Notes: generated by a model from the sequence alone, not told the origin. Positions 37,843 through 50,101 are shown, numbered from the whole stretch's first letter. The stretch is 63,393 bases of DNA, filler included, from Globobulimina sp. (GCA_003354225.1; 47 parts of 47 records of this genome joined end to end with filler, not necessarily neighbours in it), one strand, 5' to 3'. Numbers and translations: made by a program.

Positions 37843-38107
37843 TAAATTCATTCACGTTCGCTGTAAAATCATAACATTCAATACGTGCTTCTGGATTCAT
37901 AGAATTGACGGATGGGTAGTCACGGTATGCTACGAAGGCTACGCGCAGTTTGGCTCTTAATTTTAATGAGACAGTGGCCACTAAATTGGTTATGTCGTTT
38001 AATACTTGCGAGATGAATGGCTGCATTGTGTTGGTGCAATCACAGACAAAACAGAGATCCACGTCGATTCGGTCATCGTTTAGCTTTTTTAATGGCGGAT
38101 TAGACAT
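37843..38107 (-). CDS. von Willebrand factor A domain protein N-terminus (vwkA/alpha-kinase-associated type)
   Basis: VDLCFVCDCTNTM MIDAS-like motif, LRVAFVAYRDY. Confidence 0.8.
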
Positions 38108-38651
38108 ATTTGTTTTCGGTTTGTTGTGAAAGTGGTGTGAAAATAGTACAGTATCAAACTCTAGTTTTTGAAAGAGAGAGTAGAGCTTTTACTAACTCAG
38201 TTTATTTTCTGTGACTTAAAAACTGCGTTGATACAGAAACGCAAGTTTCCAACATACGTTTCGTAAATATCATAAGTTTATGTAATATATATTTTTCCGA
38301 TAACAAAAGTTACGATAATTCACCACTCATCAAAATATACATATTGAAGCTATAACTATATTTTTCCGGTTCACATAATGATCCAAATCATAATTCCGTG
38401 GATGAATCTGAACCCATCTTAAAGATGTCAACAAAAAGAATGGTAATCAGAGATCCTGAATTAAAACATGAAATGGATAAAAAAATTATCAAATATAAAC
38501 AAATCTTAGAGCTTTTACTAACGCCGTTTATTTTTGCTGTCAGACAATTGGCAAGAAACATTTTTGCAAAAAAAGCAATTATTGCAACAAAGAATTATAT
38601 TAATTACAACAAAAAAGGAAAAAATGACACAGAAATGACAAAATATACAAT

Positions 38652-39032
38652 TTATTTAAATTTATGAATTGATAAAGTATTGGAGCATTCACCTGGCCTT
38701 TCTGGATGAGAATAAGTGATTGTTTGCAATGCCCAACCTTTTTCAGCAAATTTTTGCTTGTTTTGAACAATAAAATCTTGAATAGAATCAATTGGATCAA
38801 CAATTTGAAATTTAGTAAATGTAATATTTCTTTCTTTATTTAATAAATCAATACAACGCATTATCTCAAATACAAAATCTTCATTTAAATTTATTGATGG
38901 CTCATATTCTCTCATTGGTTGATTAAAGATTGTAAATGAGACTAATTTTGGACATAATTCAATAAATAATGATATTTTCATGGTTTCTGTCTTTGAGGAG
39001 GACACAAATATTTGTTTAAATTTACCAAATCC
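38652..39032 (-). CDS. Terminal exon of a hypothetical protein
   Basis: Open frame after a TTTAG acceptor; ISLFIELCPKL segment. Confidence 0.45.
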   Translation of the reverse strand, partial: GFGKFKQIFVSSSKTETMKISLFIELCPKLVSFTIFNQPMREYEPSINLNEDFVFEIMRCIDLLNKERNITFTKFQIVDPIDSIQDFIVQNKQKFAEKGWALQTITYSHPERPGECSNTLSIHKFK

Positions 39033-39479
39033 CTAAATATCACATTCCCAAACATCAGAATGATAACGAAAAGGTTTATCAACATAGGCATAANNNNNNN
39101 NNNNNNNNNNNNNNNNNNNNNNNNNNNNNNNNNNNNNTTAATTAATTAANNNNNNNNNNNNNNNNNNNNNNNNNNNNNNNNNNNNNNNNNNNNTTAGATA
39201 TTATAATAATAATAAATATCATTTCGGATATTATTATTCTTGCAAATATTGATGCCAACGTAGCAGCACATGAATATATATTACATTTATCAATTTGCTC
39301 ATTTACCTGTGGCATAATATTCACATTTATGACTGCATTTAGCTTATCCTATCAACGAATGTTCAAATATAACAAGTAAAAAAAAGAAGATTCTTCCTTA
39401 TCATTATAAACAACGAGTGTTTAAATATTAACATATAAGGAACGATCTTCTTTTTTTTGATCATTTTAGTTCGACTACT

Positions 39480-40301
39480 TTGCCTGCGTTGTGTTTCTGT
39501 ATTGAATTATTATTATTATTTATAATGATTGTTATTACCTTTATTGCCCACTATAATGAGGACAGATATTTTGAATGGTTGCTTACAGTGATAGCATTTA
39601 TAAATTTTCTATATCCAAACGTACCATTTCATAAAACGTTTTTAATGTATTCTTTTGTGAAATGGTCAACGAGTCAAATCTATCAATTTGTAATCAAAAA
39701 TAGTGAATTAAGTGAGAATAAACCTGCATTGCAAGATATGTGCATTCGACTGTATTGCTATTTACATCGAGAAATACATCATAAAGAAAATATAAATGGA
39801 CATTGTCAAAATAGGAATTGTTGGATGGCTCAATATAAATTTTTAAAACTAAACGATACGGAAAAATTAAAAACAATTTATAAATTAATAAACAATGGCG
39901 AGAATTGGAAAAAATTTGAAAATCTGCAAACACAAAAACGTTTTATATATTTTTTATCATCCATTATTTCATTGGTGTTTCCATTTTGGTGGTTCCATCT
40001 AACTATGGGCCATATTAATAATCTACAAATTGAAATCTTCTTTTATGGATTAAATGTTTTGTATTTGTGCTTTGTATTTTGGATATTTATTTATTTGATC
40101 TGCAAAGTTCGATGGACATTTACGAAGTTGAAGATTATGATGTTAATATTCTCACACAGAGAAAAAGTACAATATTCTGTTGCTAAATTTTATTTATATT
40201 CAATGTATCATAATTTACCCACAATAGAATGTGTTATGCAATCTATTCCGAATACAGATATTGCATTGATGATTCTATCTTATTTATTGATTGTAAATTA
40301 A
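39480..40301 (+). CDS. Multi-pass membrane protein of unknown function
   Basis: 273-aa ORF with four hydrophobic segments. Confidence 0.55.
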   Translation: MPALCFCIELLLLFIMIVITFIAHYNEDRYFEWLLTVIAFINFLYPNVPFHKTFLMYSFVKWSTSQIYQFVIKNSELSENKPALQDMCIRLYCYLHREIHHKENINGHCQNRNCWMAQYKFLKLNDTEKLKTIYKLINNGENWKKFENLQTQKRFIYFLSSIISLVFPFWWFHLTMGHINNLQIEIFFYGLNVLYLCFVFWIFIYLICKVRWTFTKLKIMMLIFSHREKVQYSVAKFYLYSMYHNLPTIECVMQSIPNTDIALMILSYLLIVN

Positions 40302-40543
40302 TTTTATCCTTTATTCCCAAAAACGTTAAACGTTATAAACTAGAAACGAAAACACTCCTAAAAGCCGAGTATACAAAATCTATTTTTTTTTTTAAATCAA
40401 CCACACAAAATCTATATTTTTTTTTTACATTTAATGAAACAAANNNNNNNNNNNNNNNNNNNNNNNNNNNNNNNNNNNNNNNNNNNNTTAATTAATTAAN
40501 NNNNNNNNNNNNNNNNNNNNNNNNNNNNNNNNNNNNNNNNNNN

Positions 40544-40979
40544 TGAACAGGCCGGCGATGCCACCAAGACCAGGAAAAACTGTTCTTTGCTGCGTAACAG
40601 TCGTCGTATCTTGAAAATCTTTGCCCTGCTGATCTTTGGGGCACTCCATCCCCTGATTGGTAACTTCTTCGCGATCGTCTGCTAGAACTACTTTGATTTC
40701 ATATTTACCGGCTTCACTTTGTACCACGACTTCCTCTGTTTGTATTTCTTGGATTGGCTCTTTTTGCTTTGATTGGCCTGGGAATAATGTGATTGTAGTA
40801 TACTTACTTTCATCATCAAATGGCGATAGTGATTGTAGTACCCTCTCCCCTGCAATTCCACCATCATTGTTACATCGATAGACAGCAGCAGTTAGAAAGA
40901 GCACCACCAAAACCATTGCAATGACTACCATCCATCGCCATACATAACGTTGCTTTTCTGTTTCTTTGATGCGTAACAT
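40544..40979 (-). CDS. Type II membrane protein N-terminus
   Basis: ATG start, single TM, open to contig end. Confidence 0.55.
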
Positions 40980-41478
40980 TTTGATATTGTCAATTCAATT
41001 TTTTTAATACAATACAATCCTCAGAATTGATGTTGGATAAAAATAGAAATGGCACTGTATAAAAATATGTTTATACACAATTATGAGTATTTACCTTATG
41101 AGCTGCGCTTTCTAATGATCAATGCAATATATTTGTTGAATTTGTGACACTGTGATTTAATTAAGATGATATTGTGATGGTTACTCCAACTGTAACTGCA
41201 GGAGTTGTGATGAGAAATGATGATGACATTAAATTGTTGCAAAAAATAATATTCATGATCAATTCATATTTGTATTTGATTTGTATGTAATATCCGGCTC
41301 AGATGTTGATTTACAGTCCTTGTACTTCCATTAGAGTTTTTGCTTTTAGTTCATTTAATGAATGAACATTTAAGTTTTCTATTTTCACTAACATTTGACT
41401 GCTTCACACTGTAAGTAAGTATGGCGAGAATGAACATCGTAATATAATTTATTTAACGGCATTTAATTGGTATCATAT

Positions 41479-41552
41479 GGTTGTCGCCTAGCTCAAGTAG
41501 AGCACTGGATGTATGGATCCAGAAGATTCAGGTTCAATCCCTGAGGCAGCCT
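41479..41552 (+). tRNA. Atypical tRNA-like sequence (pseudogene or tRNA-derived element)
   Basis: TAGCTC..GAGC D arm, CTGGA/TCCAG anticodon stem with 8-nt loop TGTATGGA, TCAGG-TTCAATC-CCTGA T arm, acceptor stem with 3 extra nt. Confidence 0.65.
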
Positions 41553-41893
41553 CAAGTCCTCAACAGATGAATGAATTGAGAATGAAAAATGTTTAATTTG
41601 GTATTTTGTATCTGGAATACAACGCATAATAACCCGCATGCCACCATCGCATTGACAGAAGTGGCTTTTTAGCGGTTGGCCCCGTATTTTTATGTGCCTT
41701 GGTGCGGGATATGAACATTATAAGAAATTGAAAGAAGCGCGAAAGAGAAAGAAGAAGAAGCAATACGGAAGCGATGAAGATGCGGATGATGATNNNNNNN
41801 NNNNNNNNNNNNNNNNNNNNNNNNNNNNNNNNNNNNNTTAATTAATTAANNNNNNNNNNNNNNNNNNNNNNNNNNNNNNNNNNNNNNNNNNNN

Positions 41894-42625
41894 CGATTAT
41901 CGATAAAAATCGATTAAAAATCGATAATTTTAGTTATTTTTGAAAAGTTAACGAAAATGGTTCAAACCTTTTTAGATCGACAGCTAATAACGTTCCGAGT
42001 CAAACGCGGTCAAAATTTGATTTAAATTATTGCTCGATTATCGTTAAAGATAGATTAAAAATCGATAATTTTCAGTATTTTTGAAAAGTTAAAGAAAATC
42101 GTTCAATTTTTATTTGATCGACAGCTAATAACGTTCGGAGTCAAACGCGATCAAAAGTTGATTTAAATTATTGTCCGATTATCGATAAAAATCGATTAAA
42201 AATCGATAATTTTAGTTATTTTTGAAAAGTTAACGAAAATGGTTCAAACCATTTTAGATCGAAACCTAATAAGGTTACGAGTCAAACGCGATAAAAATTT
42301 TATTTAAATTATTGTTCTATTATCGATAAAAATCGATTAAATATCGATAATTTTAGATATTTTTGAATTGTTAATGATAAACGTTGATTCTTTTTTCTAT
42401 AGAAAGCTAATAAGGTTCTGAGTCAAACGCGAACAAAATATCATTTAAATTATTGTTCGATTATCGATAAAAATCTATTAAATATCGATAATTTTAGATA
42501 TTTTTAAACCTTTAACGAAAATGGTTCAAACCTTTTTCGATCGATAGCTAATAACGTTCAGATTCAGACGCGATAAAAATTTGATTTAAATTAATGATCG
42601 ATTATCGATAAAAATCGATAATTTT
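41894..42625. repeat. 141-bp satellite, about 5 diverged copies
   Basis: CGATTATCGATAAAAATCGAT unit starts at 41894, 42035, 42176, 42317, 42458 and about 42599. Confidence 0.95.
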
Positions 42626-42744
42626 CCATTTTTTCGAAAAATGCAGTTCAGACATTCATACCTATATAGATCGAGAGCTAATAATGCCCCCATTTTTATG
42701 CGAGCAAAATTAATTTTTAAAATTTCATAATTTATGCGAATTAG

Positions 42745-43143
42745 TTCATAATGTATTCCAAGTTCAAACGGACCGGGCTCATAACAAATCTCAAGTTCAA
42801 ACGGGACCGGGTTCATAATTGATTCCAAGTTCAAATGACCGAGTTCAATTTGGATTCCAAATTCAAATGACTGGGTTCATGATGGATTCCATGTTCAAAA
42901 GACTGGGGTTCAATTTAGATTCCAAGTTCAAATGACCCGTTTCATAATGGATTCCAAGTTCAAATGACCGGGTTCAATTTGGATTCCAAGTTCAAATGAC
43001 CGGGTTCATAATGGATTCCAAGTTCATATGACCGGGTTCATAATGGATTCCAAATTGAAACGGACAGGGTTCATTATCGATTCCAAGTTCAAAGTGACCG
43101 GGTTCATGATGGATTGCAAGTTGAAATGGACCGGGTTCATAAT
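42745..43143. repeat. About 32-bp minisatellite (GATTCCAAGTTCAAATGACCGGGTTCATAATG), about 12 copies
   Basis: Unit recurs at 42821, 42853, 42885 and onward, with no unique spacers. Confidence 0.92.
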
Positions 43144-43243
43144 NNNNNNNNNNNNNNNNNNNNNNNNNNNNNNNNNNNNNNNNNNNNTTAATTAATTAAN
43201 NNNNNNNNNNNNNNNNNNNNNNNNNNNNNNNNNNNNNNNNNNN

Positions 43244-44227
43244 CGTGTATGGTACGATGGGCAAAAGGAGGAAAATGTACTGGACAATGCGGGTCCTTTT
43301 TATTGTGGCATGTCGGTGGTTATGATAATGCCAGCATTTAGCATTCGACTTAACGGTCCCACATCAACCACTAAACAACCGCAAATTGCTATGAATTTTG
43401 CGGAACATTCGGGCATTATAATTCAATTAAATAATAAGTATGCTGCAGGAGGATATGAACAACCATTTTTTAACTCCTCCTGGCTTTCAAATTATAGCCA
43501 AGAAGATGAGCGAATTACAATGGGCGGATGCTTTCCAATACAAATAGAATCGATCAAACACGTTGCAACATCAACTAATTTTGCTCCATATTTTGGACCA
43601 TTGTTTTGTTTTGATGCCATAATATCTGGATTGGATATAGATTTTAAATGGAATAAAAAGCAAATATTCACATTGAAATCTTTTATTAATTATGTAACCG
43701 CACCAATTGCAAGCAAAAAAGGTAAATTTGAGGAGTATATATTGGATACATTTGCTTATTACTTAAATAGTAAACAAACGCTAACTTTTAATTTATCATT
43801 GATTGACCAATACGTTCCGGCACAAGTCAAAGATTTAATATTTGTTTCAATAAATGGGGAAAGCGATAGCGATAATATTGTTTATGTGGATAAGTCGAGT
43901 AATGTAAATATACCACGGCCAGAAATATTAAATATGTTTGAAAATATGAAGAAATTAGTCATTTATTCTACAGATGTACGTGGTAAAAAGTCATATCCGA
44001 TATCAATAAAATATTTATTGAGTCAGCTAAGTACTAGTAATGATGTAAAATGTGTCATTACTGCGAAGTGGAAAGATCTTATGGCTAAAAAAGAACAAAG
44101 ACGCAGCTGGTTATTTTATCAAGATATATCCGCCTCAATTCCGAAACATTTCATGTCATCTTTAACAACTTTCATTGACTATCTCCAGAATTATAATGAT
44201 TTACTAACTATTCAATCACCACAATAA
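43244..44227 (+). CDS. Divergent ART-like domain protein, 5' truncated
   Basis: PFYCGM, GPTSTT, AMNFA..SGIIIQL, WLSNYSQEDERI occupy the R / S-T-S / E-x-E positions of R-S-E ARTs. Confidence 0.6.
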   Translation, partial: RVWYDGQKEENVLDNAGPFYCGMSVVMIMPAFSIRLNGPTSTTKQPQIAMNFAEHSGIIIQLNNKYAAGGYEQPFFNSSWLSNYSQEDERITMGGCFPIQIESIKHVATSTNFAPYFGPLFCFDAIISGLDIDFKWNKKQIFTLKSFINYVTAPIASKKGKFEEYILDTFAYYLNSKQTLTFNLSLIDQYVPAQVKDLIFVSINGESDSDNIVYVDKSSNVNIPRPEILNMFENMKKLVIYSTDVRGKKSYPISIKYLLSQLSTSNDVKCVITAKWKDLMAKKEQRRSWLFYQDISASIPKHFMSSLTTFIDYLQNYNDLLTIQSPQ

Positions 44228-44593
44228 ATATTTTCGTACTTTTTGTTATTTCAATTTCTCTTTTTTCCTTATTTTTTGTTTCCAACTCTTATCATTCCTT
44301 TATACCCCTTTGTGTTTAGTTTATTTTCTTACTTCTTTTATTATTTCTCAATCCTTATCTTTTTCCTTTTACTCACATTCCTTTCATTGAGTTTTAATTT
44401 TAGTTTTTTATTTTTATATTATTTCTCTTTCTTTTTCCATTTCTTTTTTCTATAAAATGTACTACTTATTTTTGGGTTTTTGGTTTGTTTTATNNNNNNN
44501 NNNNNNNNNNNNNNNNNNNNNNNNNNNNNNNNNNNNNTTAATTAATTAANNNNNNNNNNNNNNNNNNNNNNNNNNNNNNNNNNNNNNNNNNNN

Positions 44594-45843
44594 TTTAAAT
44601 TTGCAGACAACATTTGCCATCTTCAAATCGCGGTGAATGAAGTTCTCCGAATGCAGAAATTTCATTCCTTGTGCAATATCATTTAGATAAAACAATCGCT
44701 GATATATTGACTTTATGTTTGGATTATTTGCATGGACATCATGGACAATAATCTCTTGTAAGTCTCCAAATAGACAATATTCATAAATTAAATAAAATGA
44801 ATCAAAGGTTAATGATACACCATAAAAGCGAACAATATTTGCATGAGATATGCGCGACGACAGTATTGATTCGCGAAATATTAATGTCAAATCTGTCCAA
44901 TTATTGTTATTATTATTTACTAGTCTTTTCATAGCAACATCAATGTCATATTTCTTCCATTTTGCTTTATAAACTTTTGACGTCGAACCTTTGCTTTTCA
45001 TGTCCGACTCGGATATTATTAATTTATTAAATTGTATTATTTCAACCTGACTGCTCACGATTTGTGATAACTTATTAAATCTCTTACTCATTGTATACGT
45101 ATCCATGTTTGTATGCCGTGCCAAACTGAATAAAGGCATACTTGCCAAAGAAGTCTGTGTAGAATCTAATAATGGCTGCGATGAACACATCCAATACATT
45201 GAATCATCTTTGATTGTTCTAAAAAATAATAATGGATACAAAAAATACCAAATATAAAAATATAATTCTTGTATACATAATATATCATATAATTGATATG
45301 AAAAAATCTCAATAAATATATTTAATATTGATACAAATATAATAAATATAACATATCGATTTATAATTGTTTTACGTTTCCAATGATACGAAGATTGGCG
45401 AAAAATTAGTAATATACAACAAAATAAAAACATAATATAAACAGTCAACAATGAAATCGATGATATTACAATAAAAAAATGAGACAAAATATAAAATATA
45501 TAACAAATAATTGAAAATGGCAATGATATTTTTAGTGATCTATAAAATGCACGCAATGATAAAGTGTTTTTTGTGAATAAAAACATAATTAATGACATTT
45601 GAAGCAATGACAGTGCATAAATGAATGCGTACAGACTTTTAGCATACAAACTATTTATTGATACAAATTGTAATATGTCTAACAAAAATATATAAATTAC
45701 TAATGAGACAAACTGTAATGACATAATCGTAATATATACCATAATAATATTGCCATAAATGTGCAAAAACGAGCTATTGGGATCATTTATATTTATTTTG
45801 TAATAGTAATAGTATAATAATATAATAATTATTGAGTTTATTG
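44594..45843 (-). CDS. Multi-TM (about 6-7 helices) protein fused to tyrosine-kinase-like kinase, partial
   Basis: Hydrophobic helices then KVYKAKW, VAMK, HANIVRFYG, YEYC..GDL, IAQGMKFLH, IHRDLK. Confidence 0.85.
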
Positions 45844-45943
45844 NNNNNNNNNNNNNNNNNNNNNNNNNNNNNNNNNNNNNNNNNNNNTTAATTAATTAAN
45901 NNNNNNNNNNNNNNNNNNNNNNNNNNNNNNNNNNNNNNNNNNN

Positions 45944-46170
45944 AATGGAATTTTGGAGGCTTTGCAATGGTGGGTGTGGTGTGGGGGATTGGGGGGGAGT
46001 TCTTTGGTGATGTTGAGATTGTAATCGCCATTTTCAGTGAACCCGTTGTATTGTGCGCATGTTGGACGTGGGCAAATCCAGCCTTGTTTGTAGCAGTTTG
46101 GTGTGGTGGTGTTTTTATTGCAAAAGTGACAATTAAATGATTGTTTCTTTTTGCTACTGAACCATGCCAT
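45944..46170 (-). CDS. TMEM201: Ima1/TMEM201 (Samp1) inner nuclear membrane protein, N-terminal Zn-binding domain
   Basis: NCHFCN...WICP...CAQYNGFTENGDYN. Confidence 0.85.
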
Positions 46171-46217
46171 GATTAATGAGGTTTTTACCTTGTTATTGAG
46201 CTGAAGTTTGTAACAGA

Positions 46218-46960
46218 ATGATGACGATTATGCATATTGGTTCCAAAACATTGCCACAAGAATCAATATCAGATGACGAAATTGAAAATAAAGGCTCGAA
46301 TGACAGCAGTTTACTTATTGAGAACGATACGGACACAGAAGAACAAACGTTAACACATATTGTCACTATGGACGTGGCTGAAGTAAATATTGAGCCATTT
46401 CGAAGAAATTCTATTTCTGGACCGATCAAAGGATCATCACATTTTACTGTGTTCATAACTACATTGATCGTTATGATTATCGCAGGTTCGAGCAACGATT
46501 TTTTAGGCAAATTAATATATCAAATCTATCCATGCCATAATTGTCAATTGAAAGGACTACATGCACTTAAACATGAATACTGGTTAACATTTTTATTGAC
46601 CTTCGGTTCATTCTTTGTGTGCACCTTTGCTTTATTTACCAACTCAGCGTACAAATCATATGCAAAAATGAGTAAAAAATTGTTTTTAAAAATGCTTGTT
46701 CCATCACTTATGGACACGTTAGTGACTGGCGGCCGCTATTTAGGAATGTTATTCTTATCTGCTGCCTTAATATCTATCTTAAAAAATGGGTCGCAATTAC
46801 TGTTTCTTGCATTGTTGAGGTATGTACAAATATATACTATGTATTTGCAAACGTTTCTGAGTAAAACTATACGTTCAAACTACAAAGACACTGTTTTCAT
46901 CAAAAAAAATTATTATGTGCAGAATGGTTTGGGATTGCAATTATTATCATCGGTATCTGG
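46218..46960 (+). CDS. DMT superfamily / SLC35F-like transporter, partial; intron about 46820-46888
   Basis: LVPSLMD, GMLFLSAALISILKNGSQLLF, spliced KKLLCAEWFGIAIIIIG. Confidence 0.7.
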
Positions 46961-47293
46961 TATGCTATTCGGTTTTTGAATTTTCCCCCGGGTTTTGATG
47001 CCCCTCCCGTATATCTTCCCCGTAGCCTTGTGGCTGCCGTGCCGGGCACTCCCGTGTCACCTATTTCCCGGCTCACCCCGGGGCTTGCGCGCGTCCCCAG
47101 GGGTGGTTTTTTCTCCCTTGTTCAACTATGAAGGCCTCGTCTGAGTTTTGCTTCCCAGGCTGGAGTAGTTGTGTGGGGACGTTTTTTGTCCCCNNNNNNN
47201 NNNNNNNNNNNNNNNNNNNNNNNNNNNNNNNNNNNNNTTAATTAATTAANNNNNNNNNNNNNNNNNNNNNNNNNNNNNNNNNNNNNNNNNNNN

Positions 47294-48254
47294 CTGCTCA
47301 TACTCTCCTCTTTATCATCATTATTATCATATTCATCTATTTGCTGTACATCTTCCTCATACTCGTATTCAACATATTCCTCATCTACATTCTGTACTTC
47401 CTGTGCAATTGCAACAACATTCAATTCCTTCAATATTGATATTGGTACCTTTGGAGGTACTGATGGATGCTTTGCGTGCTTTACTGCCTTCAATCTCTGT
47501 GCTTGGCGTTGAATCACTGCCGGGTTTATGGTAGCTGGTGGGGGTGGTGGCTGTGCGAAGTCCGGTACTGTTTCAGCTTGCAATTCTTGAGAAAGTGGAG
47601 AATATCCTTGTCTGTTAGCATCGGCACCATATTCCTCATATACATGATCATGGTCAGCATAGTCTTGCAATGGTTCCAGTTCTGGCTCAACGTGCGTTTC
47701 TGTATGGAACTCTTCATTGAAATGTTTTTTTATGTCGGGGACGTTTTCTTGTTTGGTTAAGGCGACCCCTTCAATGACTGCATCAAATGCGGCTGTGTTT
47801 TGTTGGCGTAATTCATGCGCATTGCCAAATGATTGAGATACCTGTGGTCTGCGCACATATTTATTGGGTGAGTTAATATAATGTGTTGATATCCTCTCGG
47901 ATTGCAATTCATTTATGCCACTTTTTACTGATATTTCCGAGGAATGTGTTTTTCGTTTTATTCTTCGTTTTATACAGAGATAACAAAATATTGTTACGCC
48001 ACAAAGTATTGCTAATATGCATCCGCTGAGGATCCAATCCAATGTTGTAAAACTTTCAGGGCCGTATAGGTTGTCTTCAAGTGTTGGAGATGTTGTTGAT
48101 GAAACTTGTTTATACGTACATAAACATATGTGGATTATATTACATATAGGTATAGGTAGGTACCAATGATTGTAGTTGTTGGTTGAGAATTGGAGATATT
48201 AATGAGACACCAAGAAAACATTAAATAAATGATTGCATACATCTGCGGTGACAT
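47294..48254 (-). CDS. Type I membrane protein with signal peptide and low-complexity tail, 3' truncated
   Basis: Signal exon from ATG 48254, TM WILSGCILAILCGVTIFCYL, polyPro and acidic tail. Confidence 0.6.
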
Positions 48255-49286
48255 GATCTTAGTTAACTTCTCTTCGAAAACTTTGCAATTAATATATATA
48301 TAGATCACTGGTTTTTCGACAGTACAATGGAAGATGTAGTTCACGTTGAAAAGGCTATAATTTGTGCCTACAAAATGACATTATCTCTTGGCTTGGCGTT
48401 AGACAAATATTCTTGGAGTGAACTGGAAAAGGATGAAATTGGTGAGATGCGGATATTTTGTGATGAAATGAATGTCTGCGCCAAAACAAACTGCGACATT
48501 GTTCGAATGTGTGTTGCTGTTCAAATTATGATATAAAAGCATTNNNNNNNNNNNNNNNNNNNNNNNNNNNNNNNNNNNNNNNNNNNNTTAATTAATTAAN
48601 NNNNNNNNNNNNNNNNNNNNNNNNNNNNNNNNNNNNNNNNNNNTTTTTGATAAATCTGGATTTAAATTAATATTTACGTGGACACTGGACACAAACCTGT
48701 AAAACAACAATGAGAAAATATAGTAATCCATATGGTAAATATTACACAGACGGACAGATAGTCGGTGCCTCGGTGGTCCGTTTCATCAATGGAATAAATT
48801 TGAGAATGCCAAGATCAAAAAGTTAGCGAAACCTGCTGATAATCCATTTATTTCATTCATGCGTCCAACAATTTTTTAAAGGGAATACCAATACTTAATG
48901 ACTAAAATCGACACATTTTTTATTTTGTAATGAGTCAATAACGAAATGTTGGTAGATTACGTAATTAAAATTGGACCCTAGGTTCTAAACGTTGAAGTTG
49001 TTTACATCTCAAACATGACTGTATTGCTAGGACCACTGTGGGCGGAATATATTTATCTTCAAAACTAAAGAATCAATTTGTATTTATGAGATGCCTATCC
49101 TGGCACAAATACGTGTACACTAAATTCTTATTTGAAATTAAAAAAAAACACACAATACAATTTATCACAAATAGAGTGCACAGCATAATAATATAAATTT
49201 ATATATTTAGCCATCTTATATCATTAGCATAAATAAATATCATTATTATATTAAATGCTGCGAACTTGTTTATAATTAGCATTATT

Positions 49287-49646
49287 TTAAACCTTCATTG
49301 TTTGAGCAATCGCTTTCAATGCTTTACTCATTGTACGTACTTCTGATACAGTCCAATCCCCCGAAAGCAATCCGTCGTTCATGGCGCACAGAGCAATAGT
49401 CACTTTAATGCCAAATTTCTTTGGATCTGCAGGCTTATAATCATGTCTATAACATCCCCAGGAGCAATCTATGAACCGTTTGTTATAACATCCAGCTCCA
49501 TATCCATTACATCCAACCTTGCCATATTCGTTTATTGTCGATGAGCATCCACATGGGACATGCTTCCAAAATGACGGTTCTTCAGAGTCGCAATGAGGAC
49601 ACGGGAAATATAATTTGATAGACATTGTTTGGTTTTTGCTGCTCAA
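49287..49646 (-). CDS. Small Cys/His-rich putative Zn-binding protein
   Basis: CPHC..WKH..CG...C...C..W.C..H spacing; likely ATG at MSIKLYF. Confidence 0.6.
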   Translation of the reverse strand: MSSKNQTMSIKLYFPCPHCDSEEPSFWKHVPCGCSSTINEYGKVGCNGYGAGCYNKRFIDCSWGCYRHDYKPADPKKFGIKVTIALCAMNDGLLSGDWTVSEVRTMSKALKAIAQTMKV

Positions 49647-50101
49647 TTAGATGTTGTAAAAATGTTGTGTTTTAAGGTTTTAAAGTACAAAGTATTTTAA
49701 TCATAAAGTTAAAGACATTAAACAGAGCTATATATAATCGCAACTTTAAACTAATTCAAACAAAACAAAAAGAGCTAGTCGCAAAAAGCTACAAACACAA
49801 AAGATTTAAATTAAATTGTAAGTACTCTATCTCTTCTATCTACACAATTATAACATTGGTATAATTTCCTATTATTGTCCTTATTATCCTCCTNNNNNNN
49901 NNNNNNNNNNNNNNNNNNNNNNNNNNNNNNNNNNNNNTTAATTAATTAANNNNNNNNNNNNNNNNNNNNNNNNNNNNNNNNNNNNNNNNNNNNAAAACAA
50001 ACAAACAAAAAATCAAGACATGAGGGAGCTGAACTAAATAAATAAAAAACAAAACAAACCCATAGAATAAAATTAATAAAGAATAAAGAATGACAAAATA
50101 A

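Noticed and set aside
42586-42834. 82-aa ORF
   Set aside because: Translation of satellite DNA
42745-43143. 32-bp repeats as a CRISPR array
   Set aside because: Units are directly tandem and degenerate, with no unique spacers or cas genes
18930-44227. Apparent defence island (SAMHD1-like, RNF213-like, two ARTs, LRR)
   Set aside because: The genes lie on separate contigs ordered only by length; there is no physical linkage
44243-44455. Phe/Leu-rich membrane peptide
   Set aside because: T-rich 3' non-coding sequence
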